This document shows positions 29,635 through 39,211 of a DNA stretch of 64,000 nucleotides, piece by piece. How positions within the stretch are numbered: position 1 is the first letter of the stretch; every line of letters begins with the position of its first letter. The position numbers and the translations under genes are program-made. This DNA comes from an uncultured Pseudomonadota bacterium (GTDB taxonomy: Bacteria; Oederibacteriota; Muellerivitia; Muellerivitales; Muellerivitaceae). The stretch spans positions 160,001 to 224,000 of the forward strand of contig CAVYRH010000004.1 in NCBI GenBank assembly GCA_963770835.1, in the 5' to 3' direction. The notes beneath the pieces are model-generated. The model ran no database searches. It was not told the origin of the DNA and saw only the letters and a list, made by a program, of their open reading frames with translations.

Positions 29635-29740
29635 GTTCCGTCCCTTCCGTCTTAAAGATGACTACCACGTGGAAATTTTAGGTACAATTGGATTGGGTCG
29701 GGCCTCCCCTGCGGGAAGGCCTTTAGGAAGGGGTGGGTTG

Positions 29741-30202
29741 ATGCGTAAAATCTCGGGAAATGATCGCGGATTTACACTGATTGAACTCATGATCGTGGTG
29801 GCCATCATCGGTATTTTGGCGGCTATCGCCATTCCCCGTTTCGCCCAGATGCTGGAAAAGGGCCGGGAAGGCGACACCAAAGGCAACTTGAACAGCATCC
29901 ATTCGGCGGCTTCCATTTATTACGGGGATCAAAGGGGCATATGGCCCACAACCCTGAGCACCCTTTCAATTTACGACTTCAGCCAATACCTGGACAATGT
30001 GGCCCCGGTCAAGGTCACGGGCAGTTTCGTGATGGGCGCCCTGAGCCCCAGCGGAGGGTTGATTACTATGACCACCCAGTCTTCTGTTCCTACGGGCAGC
30101 GGTACCGGTTGGCTTTACGACAGTACAAACGGCGAAATCTACGTCAATAGCACGGTAACTGATTCCAAAGGGCTTCCCTATTCTTATTACGGTTTCGAAT
30201 AA
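29741..30202 (+). CDS. Type IV pilin / pseudopilin
   Basis: Class III signal peptide RG|FTLIELMIVVAIIGILAAIAIP. Confidence 0.92.
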   Translation: MRKISGNDRGFTLIELMIVVAIIGILAAIAIPRFAQMLEKGREGDTKGNLNSIHSAASIYYGDQRGIWPTTLSTLSIYDFSQYLDNVAPVKVTGSFVMGALSPSGGLITMTTQSSVPTGSGTGWLYDSTNGEIYVNSTVTDSKGLPYSYYGFE

Positions 30203-30547
30203 AAGTCCGGACAACCTTTTGATTCTTCCGTCGTTTTCTCCACGGCACGTGAGGCCTCAGCTTCCAGGCAAATATGCGAATCCCAAAGATGTTTGAAAAA
30301 TACCCGAGAGTGTAAGTTTTTCATTCCATTTTCTTAAAAACGATTTCCTCCCTCCCGAATTCTTTCGACAAAATTCAAGTTTCACGTTTCTGTTCCCCAT
30401 GATTTTCGGAATAAAAATTGCATTTTAAAACCGTGATTCAACGCGCCTTGCGGAAAATCTCTGTGACATTCGTCATTATGAAAAATGCTGATTTATTCGA
30501 AACTCTTAACCACTTGAGCGATTATCCCCGTAGCCAGGAACGATTCA

Positions 30548-32080
30548 ATGTCTGGGAATCCAAATTTAACTTCGCCACCGGTTATTTCCATCCACAGGGA
30601 ATATCCATTCCCCTTTGGAAAGGCAATATTGGCTGCGGCGTTCCTTATTGGACTCGTCGTGGTTTGGACTTATGGCATGGCCCATGGCCGCAATTCAACT
30701 CTCCGGCCCGCCTTCAGTATGAGGGATGGAACTGTTCTCATCCCCGAATCCGAGCGGCCCTTGGATTTCTGTGTCATCGGGGTTGATCCAAGCCGGAGCC
30801 TATTTTGTTTTTTGCCTTTCCTTCAGCAAGAGGCGCTGATGCCTCCTTCCCGGTTCCAGGAAATCCACCGTCAATTGTACTGGCTTAATTTTGAGATATC
30901 CCACGGGCGGCTCCTGAACGCCCTTCCCCGCAGTACGCAAATCTACGTGGCCCTGCCGGACCCGAAAAGCGTGAAAGAAGCGGACGGAACCGAAGAAGGG
31001 CTTTTCCGGGGTTACTTGAAGGCCCACTGTGGATGGACGGAAGCAGACATCCAGGGGCGCATCCATTTCTTTAAGACGCCCGTTCCCATCGTTTGGGCCC
31101 AGGATATCGGCAAAATCCTCGGCCACGACGCCCAAGGCCGGTGGATCATTTCCCGCGGTTCTAATGACCAACGCGGTTATGGGGAATCCGTGGGTGCCCT
31201 TTGCCAGGCTTATCCTAACCTTTTCACTTTTCGCGACTTGCCTGCGGGAGTCAGCGCCGAAGGGGGGGACGAGGACCTGGTCCGTACCCCCGACGGAAAC
31301 CTGGCGATGTTGGTGGGGCGCCACCGGGCGCGCAATTACCTAGAATGGGCCGGCGGGCGGTCCTTGAACGCCCAGGTTTTAAGCCAGGACGATCTCCTCA
31401 AGGCGGAAGACCTTTTTTCAGGAGCCTTCGAAGGCGTGCCGGCAATTTTTATTCCCAGCCGGGCCCTGGAAAACCCAGCGCTTGGCAACAATGAGCTGTT
31501 CCACCTGGATATGTCGGTCGTTGTTCTCTCCGTGGGAGGAAAGACCCATGCCTTCGTGCCCTCTTATATCGATCATCCGATCGACCGTGTGACCGGCCAG
31601 CCCTTGGACCCCGCCTTCGTGAAAAGCCTGCAGGACGAATACGACCTGATGGCCTCCGAGCTGACTTCCTTAGGTTATCCAGTCGACCGTCTGGCAATTA
31701 CGGACCATCCCGTTCGCAGTCCGGCCAATTTGGTGAGATATTACGATCCCACAACCGGGCACTGCACGGTTCTTTTGGCGAGATATCCCTACAATTTTTC
31801 CGGTTCCGGGGGGTTCGTGCCCCAGGAAAGGGTTATGGACAGCTTTAAGGATTTAAGGGAAAAGGGTGAGGCTTGGGAGAAAGCCTCCAACGAATACAAC
31901 TTCCTGCAATTGCGCCGGTCCATTGAAGTTGCCTGGCAAACTATGGATGGGGCGGGCTCCCAAAGCGATCCCTTTTTCGAAAAGAACCGAGAACTTTTCC
32001 AAAAAGCGGGGGTCGATGTGGTGGCCGTACCGGATTTCGCCTGGGGCTCGGGCGGGCTTCATTGCCAAATACTGCATTAA
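30548..32080 (+). CDS. Membrane-anchored pentein-superfamily enzyme (peptidyl-arginine/agmatine deiminase-like)
   Basis: N-terminal TM helix; WAQD, EGGD, HLD and C-terminal GGLHC in the order of the Asp/His/Asp/Cys catalytic motifs. Confidence 0.6.
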   Translation: MSGNPNLTSPPVISIHREYPFPFGKAILAAAFLIGLVVVWTYGMAHGRNSTLRPAFSMRDGTVLIPESERPLDFCVIGVDPSRSLFCFLPFLQQEALMPPSRFQEIHRQLYWLNFEISHGRLLNALPRSTQIYVALPDPKSVKEADGTEEGLFRGYLKAHCGWTEADIQGRIHFFKTPVPIVWAQDIGKILGHDAQGRWIISRGSNDQRGYGESVGALCQAYPNLFTFRDLPAGVSAEGGDEDLVRTPDGNLAMLVGRHRARNYLEWAGGRSLNAQVLSQDDLLKAEDLFSGAFEGVPAIFIPSRALENPALGNNELFHLDMSVVVLSVGGKTHAFVPSYIDHPIDRVTGQPLDPAFVKSLQDEYDLMASELTSLGYPVDRLAITDHPVRSPANLVRYYDPTTGHCTVLLARYPYNFSGSGGFVPQERVMDSFKDLREKGEAWEKASNEYNFLQLRRSIEVAWQTMDGAGSQSDPFFEKNRELFQKAGVDVVAVPDFAWGSGGLHCQILH

Positions 32081-32212
32081 CCGGCCGCTGAAAAAACAGT
32101 CGTACCGCAAAGTCGCCTTTATCCCCTTCCAACCTCCTTATAAAACTAGAAAATTGATTTCAGGAAGGTCTTTCATCCTCGGCGAAAGGCCTTTTTCTGG
32201 TCGGTGTTCAAA

Positions 32213-32241
32213 GTGACATTTGGAAGACCGGGGGATATAAT
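32213..32241 (+). promoter_or_regulatory. Sigma70-type promoter
   Basis: GTGACA, 17-nt spacer, TATAAT upstream of the 32304 gene. Confidence 0.6.
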
Positions 32242-32303
32242 TTGCCAACTATTTACGGATGAATGCCTTCCACCCTTTTTCTCGGTTTAACAAGGAGACT
32301 TTT

Positions 32304-33155
32304 ATGAAAAGTATTTTGATCTTTGCACTTTTCCTGGCTTGGGCCCCACTTTTGTGGGCCGATCAACCCAATCCCCCACTGGTTCCCGTCCCAAGTGGCG
32401 AAGACACACTGCCTCCGCCTCTTGACCAGATGACCCCCGTAACCGTTCCCTCCCTCCCTGGAAATGAAAACACAAAGTCCGAGCCTCCGGAAAAAGTGGC
32501 TCCGCCGCCGATGGTTCCACCCAAATCGGCGGTTTCGGCATCGACTCCCGGGCCAACCATTCAAAGTCCAGTTCCCGAAAAGGTTTCCTCGAATACGGTG
32601 ATTTCAGCAGGGGCCCTCACGGATTATTTTCCAGTCCATGAAGGCGCCAAGTGGAACTACGAATACTTGAAACCGGCTTCCGGCGAAACCGCCAAGGGAA
32701 CCTATTCAGTTCAATGCACCGAGGCCAAGCAAATGCCGAATGGAACGGTACGCGCCGTTTTTGAGACCACAGAGAACGGTCAAAAGGCGCAGGATCACTA
32801 TTCGTTTTATGACAATAAGATTGAGCACATGGGCGAAGATGGCCAAACTTCGACGGGTGACTTTGTGTTTAAGATCCCCTCCGCCGGTGGTAGCTCCGCT
32901 TGGTTGGTAACGGAAAAAGACGGGACGGTCCACAAATCCAAGGCCGCCTTCGGCCAAGCCCAGGTTTATCAGAAAACTTATCCTGATTGTGTGGTGGTTA
33001 CGGAAAAAGTCGTTAAGGGCGGCAAAACGGCCAATACTGTCATTTATTATTACGCCAAGGGAACCGGCCTGGTGGCCGTGGAGGTTTATTCGCCGAAGAT
33101 GAAGCTGGTCCAGGACAAATCCGTCGCCCTCGTGAGCGGTTCCGGCTCTCATTGA
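32304..33155 (+). CDS. Exported hypothetical protein with Pro-rich N-terminus and a beta-rich domain
   Basis: AAGGAG RBS; signal peptide; DYFP..EG.KWNY and YYYAKGTGLV motifs. Confidence 0.75.
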   Translation: MKSILIFALFLAWAPLLWADQPNPPLVPVPSGEDTLPPPLDQMTPVTVPSLPGNENTKSEPPEKVAPPPMVPPKSAVSASTPGPTIQSPVPEKVSSNTVISAGALTDYFPVHEGAKWNYEYLKPASGETAKGTYSVQCTEAKQMPNGTVRAVFETTENGQKAQDHYSFYDNKIEHMGEDGQTSTGDFVFKIPSAGGSSAWLVTEKDGTVHKSKAAFGQAQVYQKTYPDCVVVTEKVVKGGKTANTVIYYYAKGTGLVAVEVYSPKMKLVQDKSVALVSGSGSH

Positions 33156-33314
33156 AAAAATCGGGAGATCGACCCAGTTTTTGAATTCCCAAGGGTTTTG
33201 GTATTAAAATTGTGGTGAGTTTTGTTTTGGCCCTCAATGGGTTGTAATTCCCCCGAAAAACTGGAAACAAAATCCTTCCTCGGAGTTCCTTGCCGGTAAA
33301 ATCCCTTAAAATAG

Positions 33315-33344
33315 TTGCAGTTACTCGGTTTCTACGGGTATCAT
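33315..33344 (+). promoter_or_regulatory. Putative sigma70 promoter for korAB
   Basis: TTGCAG, 18-nt spacer, TATCAT. Confidence 0.5.
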
Positions 33345-33563
33345 GCTTCCCCTGGCCTCCATCCAACTCATGTTTTTCCCCCGATTGGTAAGTTTACCGA
33401 GGCTCTTTGAACCAAAGAAATAGGGTATGAAGCCCGTTACCCTGCGTGCGTTGCCGTCTTTTTATTCCGCCCTGGGGGTGGAATTCATGGGGGATCCAAC
33501 GGCCCACGTTTTTTGTATCGGGAAATTTAAGGCAATCCCAAATTTTGAGGAGGAAGTACTTCA

Positions 33564-35388
33564 ATGGAAAATGAAATTATCGTCGGTATCGGTGGGGCAG
33601 CCGGAGACGGTGGCGCATCCACCGGGGACAACCTGGCTTTGGCCAGCGCCCGGCAAGGTCTTTTCGTGTACGTCTATACGAGCTATCAATCCCTGATCCG
33701 CGGCGGCCACTCCTGGATACGCCTCCGGATTTCCAGCAAGAATGTCACCAACGTCGGCGACCAAGTGGGCGCCATGATCGCCTTGAACCAGGATTCGATG
33801 GACCGCCACCTGCAGGAATTGACAACCGGCGGCATCTGCGTTTACAACGGCGATAAGGTCAAGCCCGGCAAGGCCCCCGAGGGCGTGCAGCTGTGTCCCT
33901 TGCCCGTGTTTGAGCTGGCGGGCAAGGATGCCCTTCCGATCATGCAGAACACTGTGGCCTTGGGCGCCCTCACCGGTCTCCTGGGATTGGAATTTTCGTC
34001 CCTTTCCTCAGTCTTCGAACACACCTTTAAGAAAAAACCCCAGGTCGTCAAGGCCAACATCGATGCCGCCAAGGCTGGCTACGATTTCGCGGTGAAGACC
34101 TACAAGAAAATCGCCAATCCCCTCGGCAAAACCCCGGCCAAGCTTGCTATGGTGCACGGCAACAACATGTTCGGCCTCGGCGCGGCCAACGCCGGCTGCA
34201 AGGTTTATTGCGCCTATCCGATGAGCCCGGCCACCGGCATCCTTCATTGGATGGCGGGACACGGCAAGGACTTGGGGATCTGCGTTCGCCAAGTGGAGGA
34301 TGAAATCGGCGTCGCCAACATGACCATCGGCGCGGGCCAAATGGGCGTGCGCGCCATGTGCGCCACATCGGGCGGCGGATTCGCCCTCATGACCGAAGCC
34401 ATCGGCATGGCCTCCATCATGGAAATTCCGGTCGTCATGATCAACGTCATGCGCGGCGGACCTTCCACGGGGCTTCCCACCAAGCAGGAACAAGGTGACC
34501 TGAACCAGGCCATCGGGGCCTCCCAGGGTGATTTCCAGCGCGTGATCATCGCCCCCACCTCCATCGCGGACTGCTACTCCACTATGGAAGAAGCCTTCAA
34601 CTTACGCCGAGAAATTCCAGATGCCGGTCCTCATCCTTTCCGACCTCCTGATGAGCGAGGGCCACATGACGCTGGAAACCTCCTTCCTGGACCGTGAGTT
34701 CAAGATCGACCGCGGCGAGATGATCTTCGAGGACGACGGCAAGCCGAAGAGCTACCTTCGTTATAAGGACACCCCTTCGGGCGTTTCGCCCCGGGCCATC
34801 CCCGGACTGTCAAACCACCTTTACGTCTCCGCTACCGACGAGCACGACGAGGACGGGGTCACCATCTCCGACGTCTATACCGATCCCGTCACCCGCAAGA
34901 AGGTCGTGGACAAGCGCGAGCGCAAAATGCAGGGAGTCCTGGCCGCTTTGCCTAAGCCTAAATTGGAAGGATCGGCCGACGCCGACACCGTCATCGTGAC
35001 TTACGGCTCCACCTACGGGGCCGCCAGCGAGGCCGTCGAGCGCATGAACAAAGAGGGCGTGAAGTGCAGCCACCTTTCGGTCAAGTACCTGGTTCCTTTC
35101 CAGGAAAAGGAAGTTACCGCACTTTTGAAGGGTAAGAAAAACATCATCGTGGTAGAAATGAACAAATCGGGCCAATTCGCCCGCCATTTGCGCGCCGAAA
35201 CGGGTATCACGTCCACCGGCAACGTCCGCAAGTACGACGGCGAGCCGTTCGAACCCAAGCATGTCGTCGCGGGCATCAAGGAAGTCTTGAAGGGCAAGGC
35301 GGTCGTCGAGTCCGAGTCGTTGGAACCGGGCTGGCGCACGCCGCATCCTCCGGGACCGGGAGTCATGGCTACTTCGTCGACGCATTAA
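33564..35388 (+). CDS. korA: 2-oxoacid:ferredoxin oxidoreductase alpha subunit (gamma-alpha fusion), +1 frameshift near 34602-34605
   Basis: YQSLIRGGHS, AYPMSPAT, QVEDEI, ATSGGGF.LM.E and RGGPSTGLPTK.EQ.D; continues in the next frame as ...AEKFQMPVLILSD...VEMN..GQ...KYDGEPF. Confidence 0.92.
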
Positions 35389-35394
35389 CAAAAG

Positions 35395-35446
35395 GTAGGG
35401 GCGGGCCTTCGTGCCTACCCTGGGCAGGCGTGGGAGCCTGCCGTAC
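35395..35446. repeat. GTAG-family REP doublet between korA and korB
   Basis: GTAGGGGCGGGCCTTCGTGCCTACCC followed by the inverted GGGCAGGCGTGGGAGCCTGCCGTAC. Confidence 0.65.
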
Positions 35447-35493
35447 GAAAATCATCCGTCCCCTTCCAGGGGGACCACTTTTAGGAGGAAATT

Positions 35494-36390
35494 ATGGCGA
35501 CAGCAGTAGCAGCAGCACCCAGGGACGCGAAACTTTATAAGCCGGAAATCCCGCCCGATTGGTGTCCGGGCTGCGGGGACTACGGGGTCTTGACCGTCCT
35601 CCAGCGCGCCTGCGGCGAGCTAGGGATCCCCAACGAGCAATTGATGGTGGTGTCGGGCATCGGATGCTCGTCCAACCTGCCGGGTTTCTTCCGGTCCTAT
35701 GGCATGCATTCCCTGCACGGCCGTTCCCTGCCGGTGGCTACCGGCGCCAAGATGGGCAACCACGACATGACCGTCATCGCCTGCGGCGGCGACGGGGACG
35801 GCTATGGCATCGGCCAAGGCCATTTCATCCATTCCATGCGCCGTAACGTCAACATGACCTATATCGTCATGGACAACGAAATCTACGGATTGACCACCGG
35901 TCAGACTTCGCCGACTTCCGAGCCCGGCATGAAGACCAAGTCCACTCCTAACGGAAATCCCGAGGGGCAGTTGAACCCGATCGCCTTGGCGCTGGCCGCC
36001 GGCTGCGGGTTCGTGGCGCGTGGATTCTCCGGCGACATCAACCACCTGAAGAGCCTCTATACCCAGGCCATCCAATATCCTGGCTTCGCTCTGATCGACG
36101 TCTTCAGCCCCTGCGTCACCTTCAACAAACAGAATACCTTCGGTTGGTTCAAGGAACGCGTGTACAAGCTGGAAGACAAGGGCCACAATCCCACCGATTG
36201 GGCTTCGGGCATGGAGCGCTCCAAAGAATGGGGAGCGCAGATTCCCATCGGGGTCTTCTACAAGAATCCGAATCCCCAACCTTCGCTCGACGCGGCAGAT
36301 CCGGCCCTGCAGGACGCGGGCTTGTCCAAAACGAAGAAGCTGGGTTTAACGGCGGAACAGCGTAAAAAGCTGATTGAGGAGTACGTATAA
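35494..36390 (+). CDS. korB: 2-oxoacid:ferredoxin oxidoreductase beta subunit
   Basis: WCPGCGD, SGIGCSS, HGR, GGDGD (TPP motif), YGLT.GQ.SPT and SPCVTFN. Confidence 0.95.
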   Translation: MATAVAAAPRDAKLYKPEIPPDWCPGCGDYGVLTVLQRACGELGIPNEQLMVVSGIGCSSNLPGFFRSYGMHSLHGRSLPVATGAKMGNHDMTVIACGGDGDGYGIGQGHFIHSMRRNVNMTYIVMDNEIYGLTTGQTSPTSEPGMKTKSTPNGNPEGQLNPIALALAAGCGFVARGFSGDINHLKSLYTQAIQYPGFALIDVFSPCVTFNKQNTFGWFKERVYKLEDKGHNPTDWASGMERSKEWGAQIPIGVFYKNPNPQPSLDAADPALQDAGLSKTKKLGLTAEQRKKLIEEYV

Positions 36391-36431
36391 ATCCGGTACT
36401 CGGCCGTCAGTAAAAACTAAACATGACAGCG

Positions 36432-36473
36432 AAAGGCTCTTCTTTCCAACAAAGAAGGGCCTTTTCTTTTTTT
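36432..36473 (+). terminator. Rho-independent terminator after korB
   Basis: AAAGGCTCTTCTTT-loop-AAAGAAGGGCCTTT followed by a T-run. Confidence 0.8.
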
Positions 36474-36638
36474 GAGGGGTTTGGTTAAATACTTCTGTTA
36501 AATCCACCCCCCGGAGTACCTGTTGCCCGTCAGACCAAAACGGGTGTCCTTCATGGGATTCAGGACACTAGGTCTGAGGGCGACAAAAACATTTGAGCTT
36601 TGGAAGCCCCATCTCAAATGTATAATAAAGGATTTGCC

Positions 36639-37082
36639 GTGCCTCATGTGATTCTCGACAACTGTATCGGCTGCACCCTTTGCGCGGTGAAATGCCCCAC
36701 TGAGGCCATTGCCGGCGAAAAGAAATCCATTTTTCATATTGATCCAGCCCTCTGTATCGACTGTAGCGTGTGTGGTATCTATTGCCCGGTTGAGGCCATC
36801 GTGGACGCGCGGGGGGAGACGGTTAAGAAGATCAAGCCTCTGGAGATCCCCAAGGCCAAGGTGGACCCCGATACCTGTACGGCCTGCGAGTTTTGCGTGG
36901 ACGTCTGCCCCTTCGACTGCATTTCCATGCAGCCCCGTAACGACCATCCCGAATTCTTCAAAATCGCGGTGGTGGACGAGAAAAAATGCGTCAGCTGCAA
37001 GCTTTGCGAGACTGTCTGCATCAAGGGCAGCATCACGGTAGCCCGGCCGGCGGAACTGATGAGTTATCAGCCCCACCGCTGA
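36639..37082 (+). CDS. Polyferredoxin with four [4Fe-4S] motifs
   Basis: CIGCTLC...CP, CIDCSVC...CP, CTACEFC...CP and CVSCKLC...C; GTG start after AAAGGA. Confidence 0.92.
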   Translation: MPHVILDNCIGCTLCAVKCPTEAIAGEKKSIFHIDPALCIDCSVCGIYCPVEAIVDARGETVKKIKPLEIPKAKVDPDTCTACEFCVDVCPFDCISMQPRNDHPEFFKIAVVDEKKCVSCKLCETVCIKGSITVARPAELMSYQPHR

Positions 37083-37128
37083 GGCAATGAAGCCGCGGAT
37101 TCAAGGTTGAATTTCGTAATGTTAAGTC

Positions 37129-37163
37129 GAGGAAACGAACCTCCGGTTCGTTTTCTTTTTTTT
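37129..37163 (+). terminator. Rho-independent terminator
   Basis: GAGGAAACGAACC-tcc-GGTTCGTTTTCTT plus T-run. Confidence 0.85.
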
Positions 37164-37271
37164 GCGCCTATTAATCCGCTTTTATGATGCCTGTCATAAA
37201 GGGGGAGTATTTACATCCGATAGAGTCGGGACCGGTTCAACCGGCCCGGTGGGATTGAAAGGGGAAGTACC

Positions 37272-38261
37272 ATGGCGGAAGAAGTATTTGACCTCATCAT
37301 TATCGGTGCCGGACCCACGGGGATGTTCGGGGGCTTTTACGCGGGTCTAAGGGGCATGAAATTCAAGATCATCGATTCCATGGAAGCTTTGGGGGGTCAG
37401 GTTTCGGCCATGTATCCGGAAAAGGACATCTTCGACGTGGCAGGTTTTCCCCGGGTCTCCGGCAAGCGCCTCGTGGCCGACTTGGAGGAGCAATTGATAC
37501 GCTTCAAACCCCAGGTGATCTTAGGCGAGAAGGTGCTCAAGCTCAACCGGCGGATGGACAACGTTTTCGAGCTCACCACCGACAAGGGCGGCAAGCATTA
37601 TTGCAAAGCGGTCGTCTTGACGCTGGGCATGGGATCCTTCACTCCCAAAAAGCATCCGAACGCCGAGCTTGTTCCCTTCGAGGGCAAGGGCGTGCAATAT
37701 GGCGTCCTGTCGCTGGACCCCTTCAAGGGCAAACGCGCCCTGATCGTCGGCGGCGGCGACTCGGCCCTGGACTGGGCGCTCATGCTGGAGCCCATCTGCG
37801 ACAAGGTCACCCTTATCCACCGGCGCGACGAGTTCCGCGCCCACGAGGATTCGGTCAAGAAGCTCAAAGCCTCCAAGGTCGAGATCAAGCTTTGGTACGA
37901 GTTGAAGACCGTGCGGGGCAAGGACAAGGTGCAGGAGGCGGTCATTTATGAAAACCACACCATGGCCGAGGAAGTCCTGCCGATGGACTTCGTGGTGTTG
38001 AACTTTGGTTTCCAGGCCTCCCTTTCCTTCCTCAAGGACTGGGGATTGACCTTGGAAAAGAACAAAATTCCCGTGAACCAGAAAATGGAAACCAACGTGC
38101 CTGGCATCTACGCGGCGGGGGACATCGTGACCCATCCGGGAAAATTGGACCTGATCGCCACGGGCTTTGCCGAGGGCGCTACGGCCGTCAATTTCGCTAA
38201 GACCTATATCAACCCCAACGAAAGGGCCGAACCGGGGCACAGTAGCAGCTTGAAATGGTGA
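37272..38261 (+). CDS. Ferredoxin--NADP(+) reductase, thioredoxin-reductase-like (YumC type)
   Basis: IIGAGPTG, YPEKDIFDVAGFP, GGGDSALDWA, HRRDEFRAHE and C-terminal HSS; no CxxC. Confidence 0.92.
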   Translation: MAEEVFDLIIIGAGPTGMFGGFYAGLRGMKFKIIDSMEALGGQVSAMYPEKDIFDVAGFPRVSGKRLVADLEEQLIRFKPQVILGEKVLKLNRRMDNVFELTTDKGGKHYCKAVVLTLGMGSFTPKKHPNAELVPFEGKGVQYGVLSLDPFKGKRALIVGGGDSALDWALMLEPICDKVTLIHRRDEFRAHEDSVKKLKASKVEIKLWYELKTVRGKDKVQEAVIYENHTMAEEVLPMDFVVLNFGFQASLSFLKDWGLTLEKNKIPVNQKMETNVPGIYAAGDIVTHPGKLDLIATGFAEGATAVNFAKTYINPNERAEPGHSSSLKW

Positions 38262-38326
38262 GACGAAGAGCGAGAAACTAAAACTAATTATCCTCACTTC
38301 TATCTCCTAACAACAGGGAGGCTCAG

Positions 38327-39091
38327 TTGGCAAACACGGACATTCGAACCCAAAAAGGGCTGGGAGTCACTTTGCGAACCGACAATTGGTTTGGCGAGCC
38401 TTTGGCCATCGCGGCGGGCCTGATCGCCTTCGTTATTTATATGACCTACGCGGCCTTCACCCCCTACGGCCCCGCCGGCCAGGTTTGGTACAAGTGGGGT
38501 TCCTATATTTCCCCGGCTTTCTCCCCTTATATCAATCCCTCCTGGTATAAATGGTCTCCCGCCATCCTCATCCTTTGGGCGCCTGCGGGTTTTCGGGCCA
38601 CTTGTTATTACTTCCGTAGGGCCTACTACCGGGCCTTTTTCCAGGACCCACCCGGTTGCGCGGTGGGCGAGGAATCCCGCGAGTACAAGGGTGAGACGGC
38701 CTTTCCCTTTATCCTGCAAAACCTACACCGTTATTTCCTTTATTTCGCCATTCTGCTAGTCATCAATCACTGGTTTGATTTGGCTGTGTCCTTCACCAAG
38801 GAGGGACCAAAGGATTATTACGTCGGGATGGGCACGGTTGTTTTGGCGATTGATACGGTGCTTTTGACCCTTTATGTGGGAAGCTGCCACGCTTGGCGCC
38901 ACTTGATAGGCGGTAAAGAGGACTGCTTTTCCGCCTGCCCTTCCTACCGCTACAAAATCTGGTGCCAGGTTTCCAAGTTCAATGAGAAACACGGCCTTTG
39001 GGCCTGGTTGTCCCTTTTCACCGTGGGCTTCGCGGACCTCTATGTGCGCATGGTGGCCATGGGCATTTGGACGGACATCAAGATATTTTAA
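38327..39091 (+). CDS. Succinate dehydrogenase membrane subunit, Sdh1 type (Rv0249c-like)
   Basis: FRATCYYFRRAYYRAF..DPPGCAV, QNLHRYF, SCHAWRH and H..WAW.SL; directly precedes sdhA. Confidence 0.88.
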   Translation: MANTDIRTQKGLGVTLRTDNWFGEPLAIAAGLIAFVIYMTYAAFTPYGPAGQVWYKWGSYISPAFSPYINPSWYKWSPAILILWAPAGFRATCYYFRRAYYRAFFQDPPGCAVGEESREYKGETAFPFILQNLHRYFLYFAILLVINHWFDLAVSFTKEGPKDYYVGMGTVVLAIDTVLLTLYVGSCHAWRHLIGGKEDCFSACPSYRYKIWCQVSKFNEKHGLWAWLSLFTVGFADLYVRMVAMGIWTDIKIF

Positions 39092-39097
39092 AAATAC

Positions 39098-39190
39098 TCG
39101 CCGCAAAGACGCAGGGGCACAGAGTAAAGGAAAAGATTTTTTTAATCGGTTTCTTTCGCCGCTCCCTGTGTTCCTGTGCCTCTGTGGCGA
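39098..39190. repeat. Palindromic element of the CACAGAG...CTCTGTG type
   Basis: TCGCCGCAAAGACGCAGGGGCACAGAG ... CCCTGTGTTCCTGTGCCTCTGTGGCGA, an imperfect IR with 8-nt periodicity. Confidence 0.75.
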
Positions 39191-39211
39191 GAATCTTTCG
39201 AGGTGACGAGT

